32,000 bases of DNA from Desulfobulbus propionicus DSM 2032 (lineage in GTDB: Bacteria; Desulfobacterota; Desulfobulbia; Desulfobulbales; Desulfobulbaceae), in the NCBI RefSeq assembly GCF_000186885.1, contig NC_014972.1:1830001-1862000 (forward strand), in the 5' to 3' direction. The position numbers and the translations under genes are program-made. Within the stretch, counting starts at the first letter, position 1. Each line of letters begins with the position of its first letter. The notes beneath the pieces are model-generated. The model was given only the letters and a program-made list of their open reading frames with translations, searched no databases and had not been told where the DNA came from. Shown here in pieces: positions 14,587 to 23,968 of this stretch.

Positions 14587-15513
14587 TCAGCGGCGCACTT
14601 CGACGGGATTGGAGAGAACCAGGTCGAGCATCTGGGGAAAGGGTTTGTTGCAGAAGGTCAGCTGGAGGGTGTATCGACCGCCGGACAGATCCGGCGGCAG
14701 GGTGGCGGTGAGGAAGCGGGAGGCCTTGCGGTTCTTGATCGGTACACAGTCGGTGCCGTTACTTTGGTCGAGGCTGACGGTGGCCACCGGCGGATGCGGA
14801 CTGCCGGCCCGGAAGATCTGAACCGTCGGCCGCACTCCGAAATCAAAGGTGCTGACACTGGACAACGACAGTCGCACCTTTTCTCCCGGCCTGTAACGGT
14901 CAAAATCGGTGGCCAGGTGGAGGTGGCGGTTGTAATCCGGCTCCGGGGAACGGGTACCCGAGGTCGCCGCCTCCCAAAAGCGCGGCCGGCCGGCGTCGAA
15001 ATGGACGGTCTTGCCGCCGTAATGACCGATGCCGCCGCAGTTTTTTTGCCGGATCGTTTCCCACAGCTGTTTCCCGTCCACCCCCTCCAGCCAGAAATCG
15101 AGTGCCAGACCGTCCATGTGGGTGCTGGTCCGGGCGGCATTGTTGCCCTGGGCGCGGATTTGGTCGTTGTATTCGGGGCTGCGGTAGGCGGATTCGATGT
15201 TGATCGTCTTGCCCGGCGCCATGCGCTCGGCAAAGTAGCTGAGCATGAACAGCATTCGCGGCGAGATGTGTTCGCCCTTCTCCTCGGTGGGGAAGCCGAA
15301 CACCCAATCCACGGTGGCGAAATCACGTTCGTTGAACGATCCGTCCGGGTTGAGCAGGTGCACCCTGGCCTCGCGGTCGTTGCGCAGGTTCTTGAGGTGC
15401 ATGGAACCGCTGCCCATGAGGAAGAAGCGTTCCGAGGGCTGGGTGGCAGTGCTGTCTGTCGCCTGAAACAACAGAAAAACAGTGTAAAGAAAAATAAAGA
15501 TAATGTGTTGCAT
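14587..15513 (-). CDS. Secreted DUF882 / peptidase M15A-type (YcbK/MepK-like) metallopeptidase with a C-terminal extension
   Basis: I prefer Met66 of track ORF 14587..15708 (MQHIIFIFLYTVFLLFQATDS), which is signal-peptide-like. Family pattern: INIESAYRSPEYN...STHMDGLALDF...GKTVHFD (His/Asp zinc ligands). Confidence 0.78.
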   Translation of the reverse strand: MQHIIFIFLYTVFLLFQATDSTATQPSERFFLMGSGSMHLKNLRNDREARVHLLNPDGSFNERDFATVDWVFGFPTEEKGEHISPRMLFMLSYFAERMAPGKTINIESAYRSPEYNDQIRAQGNNAARTSTHMDGLALDFWLEGVDGKQLWETIRQKNCGGIGHYGGKTVHFDAGRPRFWEAATSGTRSPEPDYNRHLHLATDFDRYRPGEKVRLSLSSVSTFDFGVRPTVQIFRAGSPHPPVATVSLDQSNGTDCVPIKNRKASRFLTATLPPDLSGGRYTLQLTFCNKPFPQMLDLVLSNPVEVRR

Positions 15514-15599
15514 GAGATTGGTCGGGCGTTGGTGCGGTGGCCGTGTTCGCTGGCGGGAAGAATCCGTTTGCCTGCTGGTCGATGGGTGCTGCCCCCTTG

Positions 15600-15893
15600 T
15601 CAGGCGGGCAGATTTTCCACCACCACCCCTTTCAGCCGTATTCCCTTGACCAGATTGTCGCGGGTGTTTTGTTTGCTCTTGATCTGTAGCTGCAGCCAAG
15701 ATCGCCATTCCTCCCGCTGCTGGGCCCGGGGCGAACCCGGTTCCAGGGGCGGACTGCTTTCCAGCTGCACGCGGACCTGCTGGATCTCCTCGGTCAGCCG
15801 GTCATACTGCTCCTGAAAAAAAGCCAGATCGCGGATGGTCTGGTAATCGATGGTAATGCTCTGATTGGTGATCTGTTTGGGGTCGTCGGTCAT
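15600..15893 (-). CDS. Hypothetical small protein (97 aa), predicted helical/coiled-coil
   Basis: A GAGGTG SD lies 7 nt upstream of the ATG. It is co-oriented with the peptidase gene and directly upstream of it. I recognised no family. Confidence 0.45.
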   Translation of the reverse strand: MTDDPKQITNQSITIDYQTIRDLAFFQEQYDRLTEEIQQVRVQLESSPPLEPGSPRAQQREEWRSWLQLQIKSKQNTRDNLVKGIRLKGVVVENLPA

Positions 15894-15935
15894 GCGCGTT
15901 CACCTCGCTGTGATGTCGATTGGGATGCGCCAACA

Positions 15936-15964
15936 ACTGTAGGAGAAGAAACGAAAAAAGGCAA
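15936..15964 (-). promoter_or_regulatory. Candidate sigma70 promoter (TTGCCT-N17-TACAGT on the minus strand) for the 97-aa ORF / peptidase pair
   Basis: The reverse complement of 15959-15964 is TTGCCT and of 15936-15941 is TACAGT, with a 17-nt spacer. Confidence 0.3.
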
Positions 15965-16011
15965 CCGGCGTTTACTCTTCCCCTCGATTCACCTGTTTTT
16001 CCCTGGCAAGA

Positions 16012-19000
16012 CTACTCCACCCTGCGGCAGACATTTTCCACTTCCCGCCATTTCTGCGCCAGTCGCTGTTCCGAGACCGGCTGGGCCGTGCCCAGTTCCG
16101 GGGCAAAGATCGACACTCGAAATTCCTCCAGCAACTCCACATATTCCTGCTGACAGACCCGGCAGGGCAGGGTGGGGCTGTTGAAGTGGCGCATCTGCTC
16201 CAGCCAGGCGAGCGGTTTGCGCAGCCGCTCGGCCTTTTTCTCGTCTTTGAGCGGCGAGTGCTCGGCCCGTTCGATACGCAGGGCCAGGGCCTGGAGGTAG
16301 CGCGGCTTGTGCCGCAGCTGTTCGGGCCGGAGGGTGTTGAGAAAATGCTCAGGCACGATCTGCTCCAGGGCGGCGAGATACTCTTGCTGCCGCTCGGGCT
16401 GAAAACTGCGGTTGGCCCGCGCCCGGCCGGCCCACTCCCTGATTCGGCTGTGCACCATGCGCCGCTGCTGCAGGGTGGCATGGACCTGGTCGAGCAGGGC
16501 GGTGGCAATGCGCACCACCCCCGACGCCACCGCCTGCTCCAGGGCGGCCTGGAACTGCGCCCGGCTGGGCAGTTGCCCCTCGTCAGTGGCAAAGACCGCG
16601 TCGAGGAGAAAGGCCTGGAGCGCGGCGCGCAGTTCGCTCGCCGAGGTCTTGGCCCCCAGGCTCAACCAGGAAGCGGAGTGGCTGGTGAGTGACCCCTTGC
16701 ACAGCTTGCGCAGGGCGGTGATCTCCTTGGCGCAGTGGAGGCCATAGAGAAACTGCAGGCCGAGCCGATTGAGCCGCCGGCTCTGGGATTCGCTGTCGAT
16801 ATAGTGGAGCGAGACCGTGTTGCGGACTTCATCGACCGTGAGTGTCGGGAAGTAGAGCCCCACCACCCGGCCGCTCGCATCGGTGAGCGGCAATCTGGCC
16901 TCGATCTGGTCGAGGTCGTCGACCGTGATAGCCCGTGGCGGCGGCAGGGCCTGGCAACTGCGGGAGGCGGGGCCGGCTTGGGCCCGATCGAACTGGAGCA
17001 GCTCGTCAAAGACCCGGCTGGTCACGAGCTGCTCTCCCTGATCATCAACGAGGACAAAACGCATGCGCAGATGGGGCGGCAGGGTGTCGGCCTGCCAGTC
17101 GCTGCGCTGCACCGTCACCTGATAGCCTCTCAGGATGGCGCGTTCCAGCTCCTGGTAGAGCGACCCTTTGTACAGGGACAGGCTGTCCATGAGCCGGTCG
17201 ACCGCATCCGGCAACGGCACCAGGCGGCGGCGCAGCTGCTTGGGCAGCCGCCGGCAGAGCAGTAGCAGTTTTTCCGGCAGCAGGCCGGGGACCAGCCATT
17301 CGAATAGTTGCGGGTTGAGATGGCCGAGCAGGGTGCGGGGGATGCGCACCGTGACTCCGTCGGCCGGATCGCCGGGGGCAAAGAGGTAGCGCAGTTCCAG
17401 CTCGAACTCACCGGCCCGCAGCGTGGCCGGGAACCGGTACAACTCCTCGCTATCGGGCACGGCCAGACAGATGTCCTCCTCGCGCATGCGCAGGAATGCA
17501 TCGTTTTTTTTGCTCCGCAACAACCGGTTGAGGGTGAAGCGGTCGTAGACCTTGCCCAGGCGGGCATCGTAGAATTGGTAGAGCACCTCGTCGTCGACCA
17601 CGATGTCGCGACGGCGGAACCGTTCCTCCATCTCCTGAAACCCGGCCACCAGGGCCACGTTGTGGTCGAGAAAGGGGTACTGGCCACCCAGCTGGTTGCC
17701 GATCAGGGCCGAGCGGATGAAGATGTCACGCGCCTCCAGCAGTGTCTTGTCGTTGATCCGGCCGTACTCGATTTTGCGGCCGGCGACGATGGTCAGGCCA
17801 AAGAGGCTGACCCGCTCCAGGGCCAGCACCTTGCCGCTGCGTTTCTCCCAGTGCGGCTCCGACCAGGAACGTTTGCACAGCGTGCCGCCCAACCGTTCCA
17901 GCCAGTCGACCTCGATCTCGGCCACGGTGCGGGCGAACAGCTGGGTCGTTTCCACGAACTCGGCGGCCACGGCCCACTGCGGCCCCTTGTTGTACAGGCC
18001 GGAGCCGGGAAAGAGGACCACCTCGCGGTTGCCGCTGCTGAGGTAGATGTTTTTCTCTTTTTTCAAGCAGATGTTGCGCAAAAAACCGCTGGCTAGGGCG
18101 ATATGGATGGCCTCGAAGCCGGCGGGCTGTTCATTGACGCGCACCCCCTTGTGTTCCCGCAGCAGGCGGCTGATCTGTTCGTGCACGTCCATCCATTCGC
18201 GCATCCGCTGCCAGGAAAGAAAATGGGCCTTGCAGAAGCGCGACAGCCGCGATTTGGAAGGGGCTTCCCCGCCGGGCACAAAAAAACTGTTCCAGATATT
18301 GAGCAGGGTGAGGAAGTCGGACTTTTTATCGACGAACTGGCGATGAACCTCGTCGGCCTTGTGCTCCTTGTCCGGCGGCCGCACGCGCGGGTCCTGGATG
18401 GACAGGGCCGCGGCCAGGATGGTGATTTCGCGCACCGAACCAAGGGCCATGCTCTCGATGATGATCCGCGAGATGCGCGGATCGAGCGGCAGCCGGGCCA
18501 TGAGCCGGCCGTTGGCCGTGAGGCGGTGCTCGCCGACCGTGGCTCCCAACTCCTTGAGCAGACGGTACCCCTCGCGGATGGCGGTGGATGGCGGGGCGTC
18601 GACAAAGGGAAAGCGGGCCGGGTCGCCCAGTTTGAGGCTGATCATCTGCAGGATGACCTCGGCCAGGTTGGCGCGCTGGATCTCCGGCAGGGTGAAGGGT
18701 TCGCGGGCGAGGAAGTCCTCCTCGCTGTAGAGACGGATGCAGGTGCCGGGCCCGGTGCGGCCGCAGCGGCCCCGGCGCTGCTCACAGCTCGCCCGGGAAA
18801 TGCGGCTGACCTTGAGGCTGGTGGTGCCGGTGCGCGGATTGTAACGGGCAATGCGCGCCAGCCCGGTGTCGACCACGAAGCGGATACCCGGCACGGTGAC
18901 CGAAGTCTCGGCCACATTAGTGGCGACGATGATCTTGCGGTGGGGCGAGGGCCGGAAGATCTTGCGCTGATCGGCGGCGGGCAGGCGGCCGAACAACGGC

Positions 19001-19800
19001 AAGAGCAGATGGCTGTCGCCCAGATGTTGCAGTCCGTCGAGGGTGTCGTTGATGTCGCGCTCGGTGGGCATGAACACCAGGATGTCGCCGCCCTGGGGCA
19101 GGGTGGCCAGTTCCTCGACCGCGGCAATGGCCTGATCCACATAGGAGAGTTCGGCCTCGTCCTCATCGATGGTCTCGCGGTACAGGGTGGTGATCGGGTA
19201 GGTGCGGCCGGACACGGTCATGACCGGCGCGCCGCCGAAATGGGTGCTGAACTTTTCCGCGTCGATGGTGGCCGAGCTGATGATCAGCTTCAGGTCCGGC
19301 CGGGACGGGAGCAGGTTCTTCAGGTAGCCGAGGAGAAAATCGATGTTGAGACTGCGCTCGTGAGCCTCGTCGACGATCAGGGTGTCGTACTGGGCCAACT
19401 GCGGGTCCTGGCGGGTCTCGGCCAGGAGCACGCCGTCGGTCATGAACTTGATCAGGGTTTCTTTCGAGGTCTGGTCGTGGAAACGGATCTTGTAGCCGAC
19501 CCGGTCCGGGGCGCGCAGTTCCTCGGCCACCCGGTCGGCCACCGAGAGGGCGGCGATGCGGCGCGGCTGGGTGCAGCCGATCATGCCGGTCGCGCCCCGG
19601 TCGGCCTCAATGCACATTTTTGGGAGTTGGGTGGTCTTGCCGCTGCCGGTGTCGCCGATGATGATCAGCACCTGATGTTCGCGAATAGCGGCGACGATCG
19701 ATTCCCGTTGCTCGCTGACCGGCAATTCGGGGGGGTAAGAAAGCTGCATGAAATTATGGAAATATTCTTGAGGATGCCGGTCCGTTCGGAGTACAATCAT
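16012..19800 (-). CDS. hrpA: ATP-dependent RNA helicase HrpA (DEAH-box)
   Basis: The product is 1262 aa with GDTGSGKTTQLPK (motif I), DEAHERS (motif II), SATID, TNVAETSVTVPGI and QRRGRCGR. An alternative start at Met18 (19749) is possible. Confidence 0.92.
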   Translation of the reverse strand: MIVLRTDRHPQEYFHNFMQLSYPPELPVSEQRESIVAAIREHQVLIIIGDTGSGKTTQLPKMCIEADRGATGMIGCTQPRRIAALSVADRVAEELRAPDRVGYKIRFHDQTSKETLIKFMTDGVLLAETRQDPQLAQYDTLIVDEAHERSLNIDFLLGYLKNLLPSRPDLKLIISSATIDAEKFSTHFGGAPVMTVSGRTYPITTLYRETIDEDEAELSYVDQAIAAVEELATLPQGGDILVFMPTERDINDTLDGLQHLGDSHLLLPLFGRLPAADQRKIFRPSPHRKIIVATNVAETSVTVPGIRFVVDTGLARIARYNPRTGTTSLKVSRISRASCEQRRGRCGRTGPGTCIRLYSEEDFLAREPFTLPEIQRANLAEVILQMISLKLGDPARFPFVDAPPSTAIREGYRLLKELGATVGEHRLTANGRLMARLPLDPRISRIIIESMALGSVREITILAAALSIQDPRVRPPDKEHKADEVHRQFVDKKSDFLTLLNIWNSFFVPGGEAPSKSRLSRFCKAHFLSWQRMREWMDVHEQISRLLREHKGVRVNEQPAGFEAIHIALASGFLRNICLKKEKNIYLSSGNREVVLFPGSGLYNKGPQWAVAAEFVETTQLFARTVAEIEVDWLERLGGTLCKRSWSEPHWEKRSGKVLALERVSLFGLTIVAGRKIEYGRINDKTLLEARDIFIRSALIGNQLGGQYPFLDHNVALVAGFQEMEERFRRRDIVVDDEVLYQFYDARLGKVYDRFTLNRLLRSKKNDAFLRMREEDICLAVPDSEELYRFPATLRAGEFELELRYLFAPGDPADGVTVRIPRTLLGHLNPQLFEWLVPGLLPEKLLLLCRRLPKQLRRRLVPLPDAVDRLMDSLSLYKGSLYQELERAILRGYQVTVQRSDWQADTLPPHLRMRFVLVDDQGEQLVTSRVFDELLQFDRAQAGPASRSCQALPPPRAITVDDLDQIEARLPLTDASGRVVGLYFPTLTVDEVRNTVSLHYIDSESQSRRLNRLGLQFLYGLHCAKEITALRKLCKGSLTSHSASWLSLGAKTSASELRAALQAFLLDAVFATDEGQLPSRAQFQAALEQAVASGVVRIATALLDQVHATLQQRRMVHSRIREWAGRARANRSFQPERQQEYLAALEQIVPEHFLNTLRPEQLRHKPRYLQALALRIERAEHSPLKDEKKAERLRKPLAWLEQMRHFNSPTLPCRVCQQEYVELLEEFRVSIFAPELGTAQPVSEQRLAQKWREVENVCRRVE

Positions 19801-19881
19801 TGAACGTGCCGCCTGTTCAGGGCTCTATACCTGAATTTCCCGGCCATCACATCTGAAATATCATCGCACAGCGAGGAGCAC

Positions 19882-20763
19882 ATGAAAGCGATCAGAAAGG
19901 CTGTCATCCCGGTCGCGGGACTGGGAACACGATTTTTACCCGCCACCAAGGCCATTCCCAAGGAAATGCTCACCATCGTCGATCGGCCGACCATCCAATA
20001 CATTGTCGAAGAGGCCGTGGCCTCGGGCATCGAGGAGATCATCCTGGTGACTAGCGCCGGCAAATCGGCCATCGAGAACCACTTTGACTATGACTTCCAA
20101 CTGGATACGGTGCTCAAGGACCGCAACAAGGTTCAGTTGCGCGAAGAGCTCAACAACATCTCCAACCTGATCGACATCATCTCGGTACGGCAGAAGGAGC
20201 CGCTGGGCTTGGGCCATGCCATCTGGATGGCGCGCAACGTGGTCGGCGACGAACCCTTCATGGTGTTGCTCGGCGATGACCTGGTGATGAGCAAGGTGGC
20301 CTGCTGCAAGCAGATGATTCAGCTCTACGAGCAGGTGGGCGAGTCGATTGTCGCCGTGCAGCGGGTGCCGATGGAGGAGACCCATCAGTATGGTATTGTC
20401 GAGGGATCGCCCACCGAGCAGGAACGGACCTACAAGGTCGACCGGATGGTGGAGAAACCGGCGCCGGGCACCTGCAACTCGGACATGGCGATCATCGGCC
20501 GTTACCTGTTGATGCCGGAGATTTTCGAACTGCTGGAGCGGACCACCCCCGGTCACGGCGGCGAGATCCAGCTGACCGACGCCCTGCTGGCTCTGTCCAA
20601 CAAACGGGCCATGTATGCCTATGAATTTGTCGGCAAACGCTACGATGCCGGCGACAAGCTCGGCTACCTCAAGGCTATCGTCGATTTCGGCCTCAGCCAC
20701 AACAGTTTGGGCAAGCCGTTCCGCGAGTATCTGCGCAAGGTGTGCGCCGAATTGGGGCAGTGA
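19882..20763 (+). CDS. galU: UTP--glucose-1-phosphate uridylyltransferase
   Basis: The N-terminal signature is KAVIPVAGLGTRFLPATKAIPKEMLTIVDRP. A GAGGAG SD lies 4-5 nt upstream. Confidence 0.92.
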   Translation: MKAIRKAVIPVAGLGTRFLPATKAIPKEMLTIVDRPTIQYIVEEAVASGIEEIILVTSAGKSAIENHFDYDFQLDTVLKDRNKVQLREELNNISNLIDIISVRQKEPLGLGHAIWMARNVVGDEPFMVLLGDDLVMSKVACCKQMIQLYEQVGESIVAVQRVPMEETHQYGIVEGSPTEQERTYKVDRMVEKPAPGTCNSDMAIIGRYLLMPEIFELLERTTPGHGGEIQLTDALLALSNKRAMYAYEFVGKRYDAGDKLGYLKAIVDFGLSHNSLGKPFREYLRKVCAELGQ

Positions 20764-20786
20764 GCTGTTTGCCGAGTTGAGCGCCG

Positions 20787-23090
20787 GTGGAGCTGACCTA
20801 CGAGGTTGCCGTTGACGCACCGCTTGCCACCCCCCTGACCTACAGCCAGCCCGCCGGGAGAACAACACCCATCCCGGCGGGCTGTTGCGTTCGCGTGCCC
20901 CTAGGCAGGCGGAAGGTGATTGGCTATGTGCTCGGACCGGCCTCCCTAACGGACCCGGCGGGTGCCGAGCCCGCGTTTGCGGTCAAGGCCATCGCCGAGG
21001 TGATCGACGAGACGCCGCTCTTTCCGCAGACTCTTATTCCTTTTTATCGCTGGATCGCCCGGTATTATCACCACCCGTTGGGCAATGTGCTGCGCACCGC
21101 CCTGCCGCTGGCACCCACTTCGCGAAGCGGTCGGCGGGTTAGTGCCAAAACCAGGAAGACGTTGACCCCCGGCCCGGTACTGCTGTCGCCGCTGCAATCA
21201 GGGGGAACAACAGAGGAGGTACTCGCCGCTGTTGAGTACAGTCTTGATGGCCGGCTCAAAAATGCCGAACACAAGGCTCTGTCGCTGTTTCTCGATGACC
21301 TGCGATCAGGCGGGAACCGGCCGGTGCCGCGATCCCTGTTGCTGCGCCGTTATCCGGGTGCCGGTCCCCGGCTTACCCGGCTCGTCGATCTCGGTGTTCT
21401 CTGTTCGGTCAACGAGCGGGTGTATCGTGACCCTTTTGGCCAAACGCCCGTCTTCCATCCCCGGCCGGCACAACTCACCGACGAGCAACAGCAGGTGCTG
21501 GAGGCGCTCCTCCCTGCCATGGACCGGGCTGCCTTTGCCCCGTTTGTTCTTTTTGGCGTCACCGGCTGCGGCAAGACCGAGGTCTATCTGCGGCTGGTGG
21601 AACATGCCTTGACCCGCGGGAAAACCGCCTTGGTCCTGGTGCCTGAAATCGCGCTTGCCTCCCAGCTGGAGGCTCATTTTTATAGTCGTTTCGGTGCGCG
21701 CTTGGCCGTGCTGCACAGCGGCCTGAGCGATGGCGAGCGTTTTGACCAGTGGCACAACGTGCTGACCGGTGAGGCCAGGGTGGTTTTGGGGGCGCGATCG
21801 GCGGTGTTCGCCCCCCTCGAACATGTGGGCGTGGTCATTGTCGACGAGGAGCACGAACCGGCCTACAAGCAGGAGGACGGTCTGCGCTATAACGGCCGCG
21901 ATCTGGCGGTGCTTCGGGCAAAGATGGCCGAGTGTCCGGCGGTACTCGGCTCGGCCACGCCCTCGGTGGTCAGTTATCACCACTGTCTGCACGGCAAGTA
22001 CACCTTGTTGACCATGCGCAAGCGGGTGGCGGAGCAACCCTTGCCCACGGTGGAGCTCGTCGACCTCGCGGCCACAGAGCGTTCCCGGCCTGATCTGGCC
22101 TTTTCGGACCGGTTGATCAATGCGATGGCCCAGACCTTGGAACAGGGCCAGCAGACCTTGCTGTTCGTCAACCGTCGCGGCTTTTCGTCGTCCATGCTCT
22201 GCCGTGACTGTGGCGCCATCCTCCAGTGCCGGCACTGTCAGGTGTCCATGACCCTGCATCGCAGCCGCAACCTGCTGATGTGCCATTACTGTGGCTCCAC
22301 CCAGCATCCGAGCACGCTCTGCCCTGCCTGTGGCTCTCCGCGGCTCTCGGGGGTCGGTATCGGTTCGGAACGGATCGAAGAGGAGGTACGGCAACTGTTC
22401 CCCGAGGCCCGCATCGCCCGTCTGGACAGCGACACCACCGCCAACCGCCGACACTATCTGGCCACGCTTCAAGCGGTGCGCACTCGTCAGGTTGACATGC
22501 TCATCGGCACCCAGATGATCGCCAAGGGGTTGCATTTTCCTCACATGACCCTGGTCGGGGTGGTCTGGGCCGACGCGGGACTGGCAATGCCCGATTACAA
22601 AGCAGCGGAGCGCACCTACTCCCTGCTGGCCCAGGTGACCGGCAGGGCAGGGCGGGGAGCCGATCCGGGCCGGGTGATCATCCAGACCTATCAGCCGAGC
22701 CATTACAGCGTGCGCCTGGCCCAGCATCACGACTACGAAGCCTTTTTCGCCCAGGAGATCGCGGTTCGCCGGCCCTTGGGCTATCCGCCTTTTTCCCGGC
22801 TGGTCAATATCCGATTCAGCGGCCTGAAGGAGCAGCAGGTGGCACAAGCCGCCGGTCGGGTTGCCGAGTTTCTTCGCCGTCAATACGGCAACAACCAGGT
22901 GGATGTCCTTGGGCCGTCACCGGCGCCCCTGGTCAAACTGAAAGACCGCACTCGCTGGCAACTGCTCCTCAAAAGCGGATCGTCAGCCCTGCTGCAGGCC
23001 ATGTGTGAGGCGCTGTTGGCTGAAAAGGCCGAGCTGTGTCCGCGATCGGTGAGCATGAGCCTTGATGTCGATCCGGAAAATATGATGTGA
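20787..23090 (+). CDS. priA: Primosomal protein N' (replication restart helicase PriA)
   Basis: It has a GTG start. Motifs are Walker A GVTGCGKTEVYL, DEEHE, and the Cys-rich zinc region CRDCGAILQCRHCQVSMTLH...CHYCGS...CPACGS. Confidence 0.92.
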   Translation: MELTYEVAVDAPLATPLTYSQPAGRTTPIPAGCCVRVPLGRRKVIGYVLGPASLTDPAGAEPAFAVKAIAEVIDETPLFPQTLIPFYRWIARYYHHPLGNVLRTALPLAPTSRSGRRVSAKTRKTLTPGPVLLSPLQSGGTTEEVLAAVEYSLDGRLKNAEHKALSLFLDDLRSGGNRPVPRSLLLRRYPGAGPRLTRLVDLGVLCSVNERVYRDPFGQTPVFHPRPAQLTDEQQQVLEALLPAMDRAAFAPFVLFGVTGCGKTEVYLRLVEHALTRGKTALVLVPEIALASQLEAHFYSRFGARLAVLHSGLSDGERFDQWHNVLTGEARVVLGARSAVFAPLEHVGVVIVDEEHEPAYKQEDGLRYNGRDLAVLRAKMAECPAVLGSATPSVVSYHHCLHGKYTLLTMRKRVAEQPLPTVELVDLAATERSRPDLAFSDRLINAMAQTLEQGQQTLLFVNRRGFSSSMLCRDCGAILQCRHCQVSMTLHRSRNLLMCHYCGSTQHPSTLCPACGSPRLSGVGIGSERIEEEVRQLFPEARIARLDSDTTANRRHYLATLQAVRTRQVDMLIGTQMIAKGLHFPHMTLVGVVWADAGLAMPDYKAAERTYSLLAQVTGRAGRGADPGRVIIQTYQPSHYSVRLAQHHDYEAFFAQEIAVRRPLGYPPFSRLVNIRFSGLKEQQVAQAAGRVAEFLRRQYGNNQVDVLGPSPAPLVKLKDRTRWQLLLKSGSSALLQAMCEALLAEKAELCPRSVSMSLDVDPENMM

Positions 23091-23122
23091 CCACGCCAGT
23101 CGCAAAGGCCGGCTGGTTGATA

Positions 23123-23167
23123 TAAAAAAACGCCCCGGCGGCAAGGAGGGAGGAAACCGCCGGGGCG
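23123..23167 (-). terminator. Rho-independent terminator for the zraP-like gene (may also stop priA read-through)
   Basis: A perfect 11-bp stem pairs CGCCCCGGCGG (23131-23141) with CCGCCGGGGCG (23157-23167). The A7 run at 23124-23130 becomes the U-tail on the minus-strand transcript. Confidence 0.6.
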
Positions 23168-23211
23168 ACAGGAGGGCGTTGGGAAGTGCGAAAAATTGCG
23201 CGGTTGAACAA

Positions 23212-23649
23212 TTACCGTTTAGAGTGGCGCGGGCTGTGAAAGTCGTAGAAACACGGCATGGCATCGTCGCCCTGTCCCATCAGCAGCATGGGTAACGGGA
23301 ATCCGGCTTCCTGAGCCTTGACCCGTAACTTTTCACGCAACTCGAACAACTCTCCGGCCACCTGGGATGCCTTGACCGTGTCCGGCGTGCCAGCAGCCAT
23401 GATGGCCCGCATCTCCGCGCTCTTTTGTGCCAGTTCCTTGCGGACCGTCACGGTGTCATTGAGAAACTTTTCCCGGGCTTTTTGCATTTCGGTGTTGACT
23501 TGAGCCGCGTGGTGCGCGGGTTTGTCCTTGGAACCGGCGTCGGCCGCCTGGCCCGGTTGCGCCAACGCCGCTTGACTGATGGCCAGGGTCAAGCCACTGG
23601 TTAGAATAGCCGCCATCATGATCCGTTTTTTGACACTTGCTGTTTCCAT
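23212..23649 (-). CDS. Periplasmic Spy/CpxP/ZraP-family protein (ZraP-like)
   Basis: A signal peptide is present (KKRIMMAAILTSGLTLAISQAALA). The helical core EMQKAREKFLNDTVTVRKELAQKSAEMRAIMAAGTPDTVKASQVAGELFELREKLRVKAQEAG parallels E. coli ZraP as recalled. Confidence 0.72.
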   Translation of the reverse strand: METASVKKRIMMAAILTSGLTLAISQAALAQPGQAADAGSKDKPAHHAAQVNTEMQKAREKFLNDTVTVRKELAQKSAEMRAIMAAGTPDTVKASQVAGELFELREKLRVKAQEAGFPLPMLLMGQGDDAMPCFYDFHSPRHSKR

Positions 23650-23706
23650 GATTCAATGCTCCTGAGATTCAAGAGAAGGTATATTGGTTTGTTGTGCCTG
23701 TAGTCT

Positions 23707-23722
23707 AGCGAGATTCATGCCA
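23707..23722 (-). promoter_or_regulatory. Sigma54 (-24/-12) promoter upstream of the zraP-like gene
   Basis: The minus strand reads TGGCATGAATCTCGCT. The GG and GC dinucleotides are at the exact consensus spacing (TGGCAC-N5-TTGC). It lies about 57 nt upstream of the ATG. Confidence 0.55.
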
Positions 23723-23738
23723 TTTTTTGCTTTCTGTA

Positions 23739-23751
23739 CAATTATTTGATA
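23739..23751 (-). promoter_or_regulatory. Possible IHF site between the sigma54 promoter and upstream DNA
   Basis: The minus strand reads TATCAAATAATTG, matching WATCAANNNNTTR. It is in an AT-rich tract centred about 50 nt upstream of the inferred start. Confidence 0.3.
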
Positions 23752-23968
23752 TGATTGAATATAATATTTCATTGAGCAAGATGGCCGTTGTTTCGGTCGG
23801 GCCAAGGCCGATACCTGTTTCCTTTCTATCCACGTGCGAGCGGCACGGATGAGTAAAAAGTATCCAGCCGATGCGGCCGCCCCTGATCAGCCTCCAGGTC
23901 AAAGCGGCCATCATCGGCAAAAAGATCACCGCTGTTCCCCTGGATTGATCCTTGCAAAGACCGCCGAC

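Noticed and set aside
14569-15816. 415-aa + strand ORF opposite the DUF882 peptidase
   Set aside because: It is a shadow ORF. The minus-strand product has a signal peptide and zinc-peptidase motifs, whereas this one has none.
18103-19803. 566-aa ORF antisense to hrpA
   Set aside because: It is a shadow ORF opposite a helicase with all DEAH-box motifs. The composition is low-complexity Gly/Ala/Asp/Arg.
19816-19835. Inverted repeat TTCAGG-N8-CCTGAA between hrpA and galU
   Set aside because: The arms are only 6 bp. That is too short to separate from chance, and nothing supports a known operator.
21306-22883. 525-aa ORF antisense to priA
   Set aside because: It is a shadow ORF opposite a gene with Walker A, DEEH and zinc-finger motifs.
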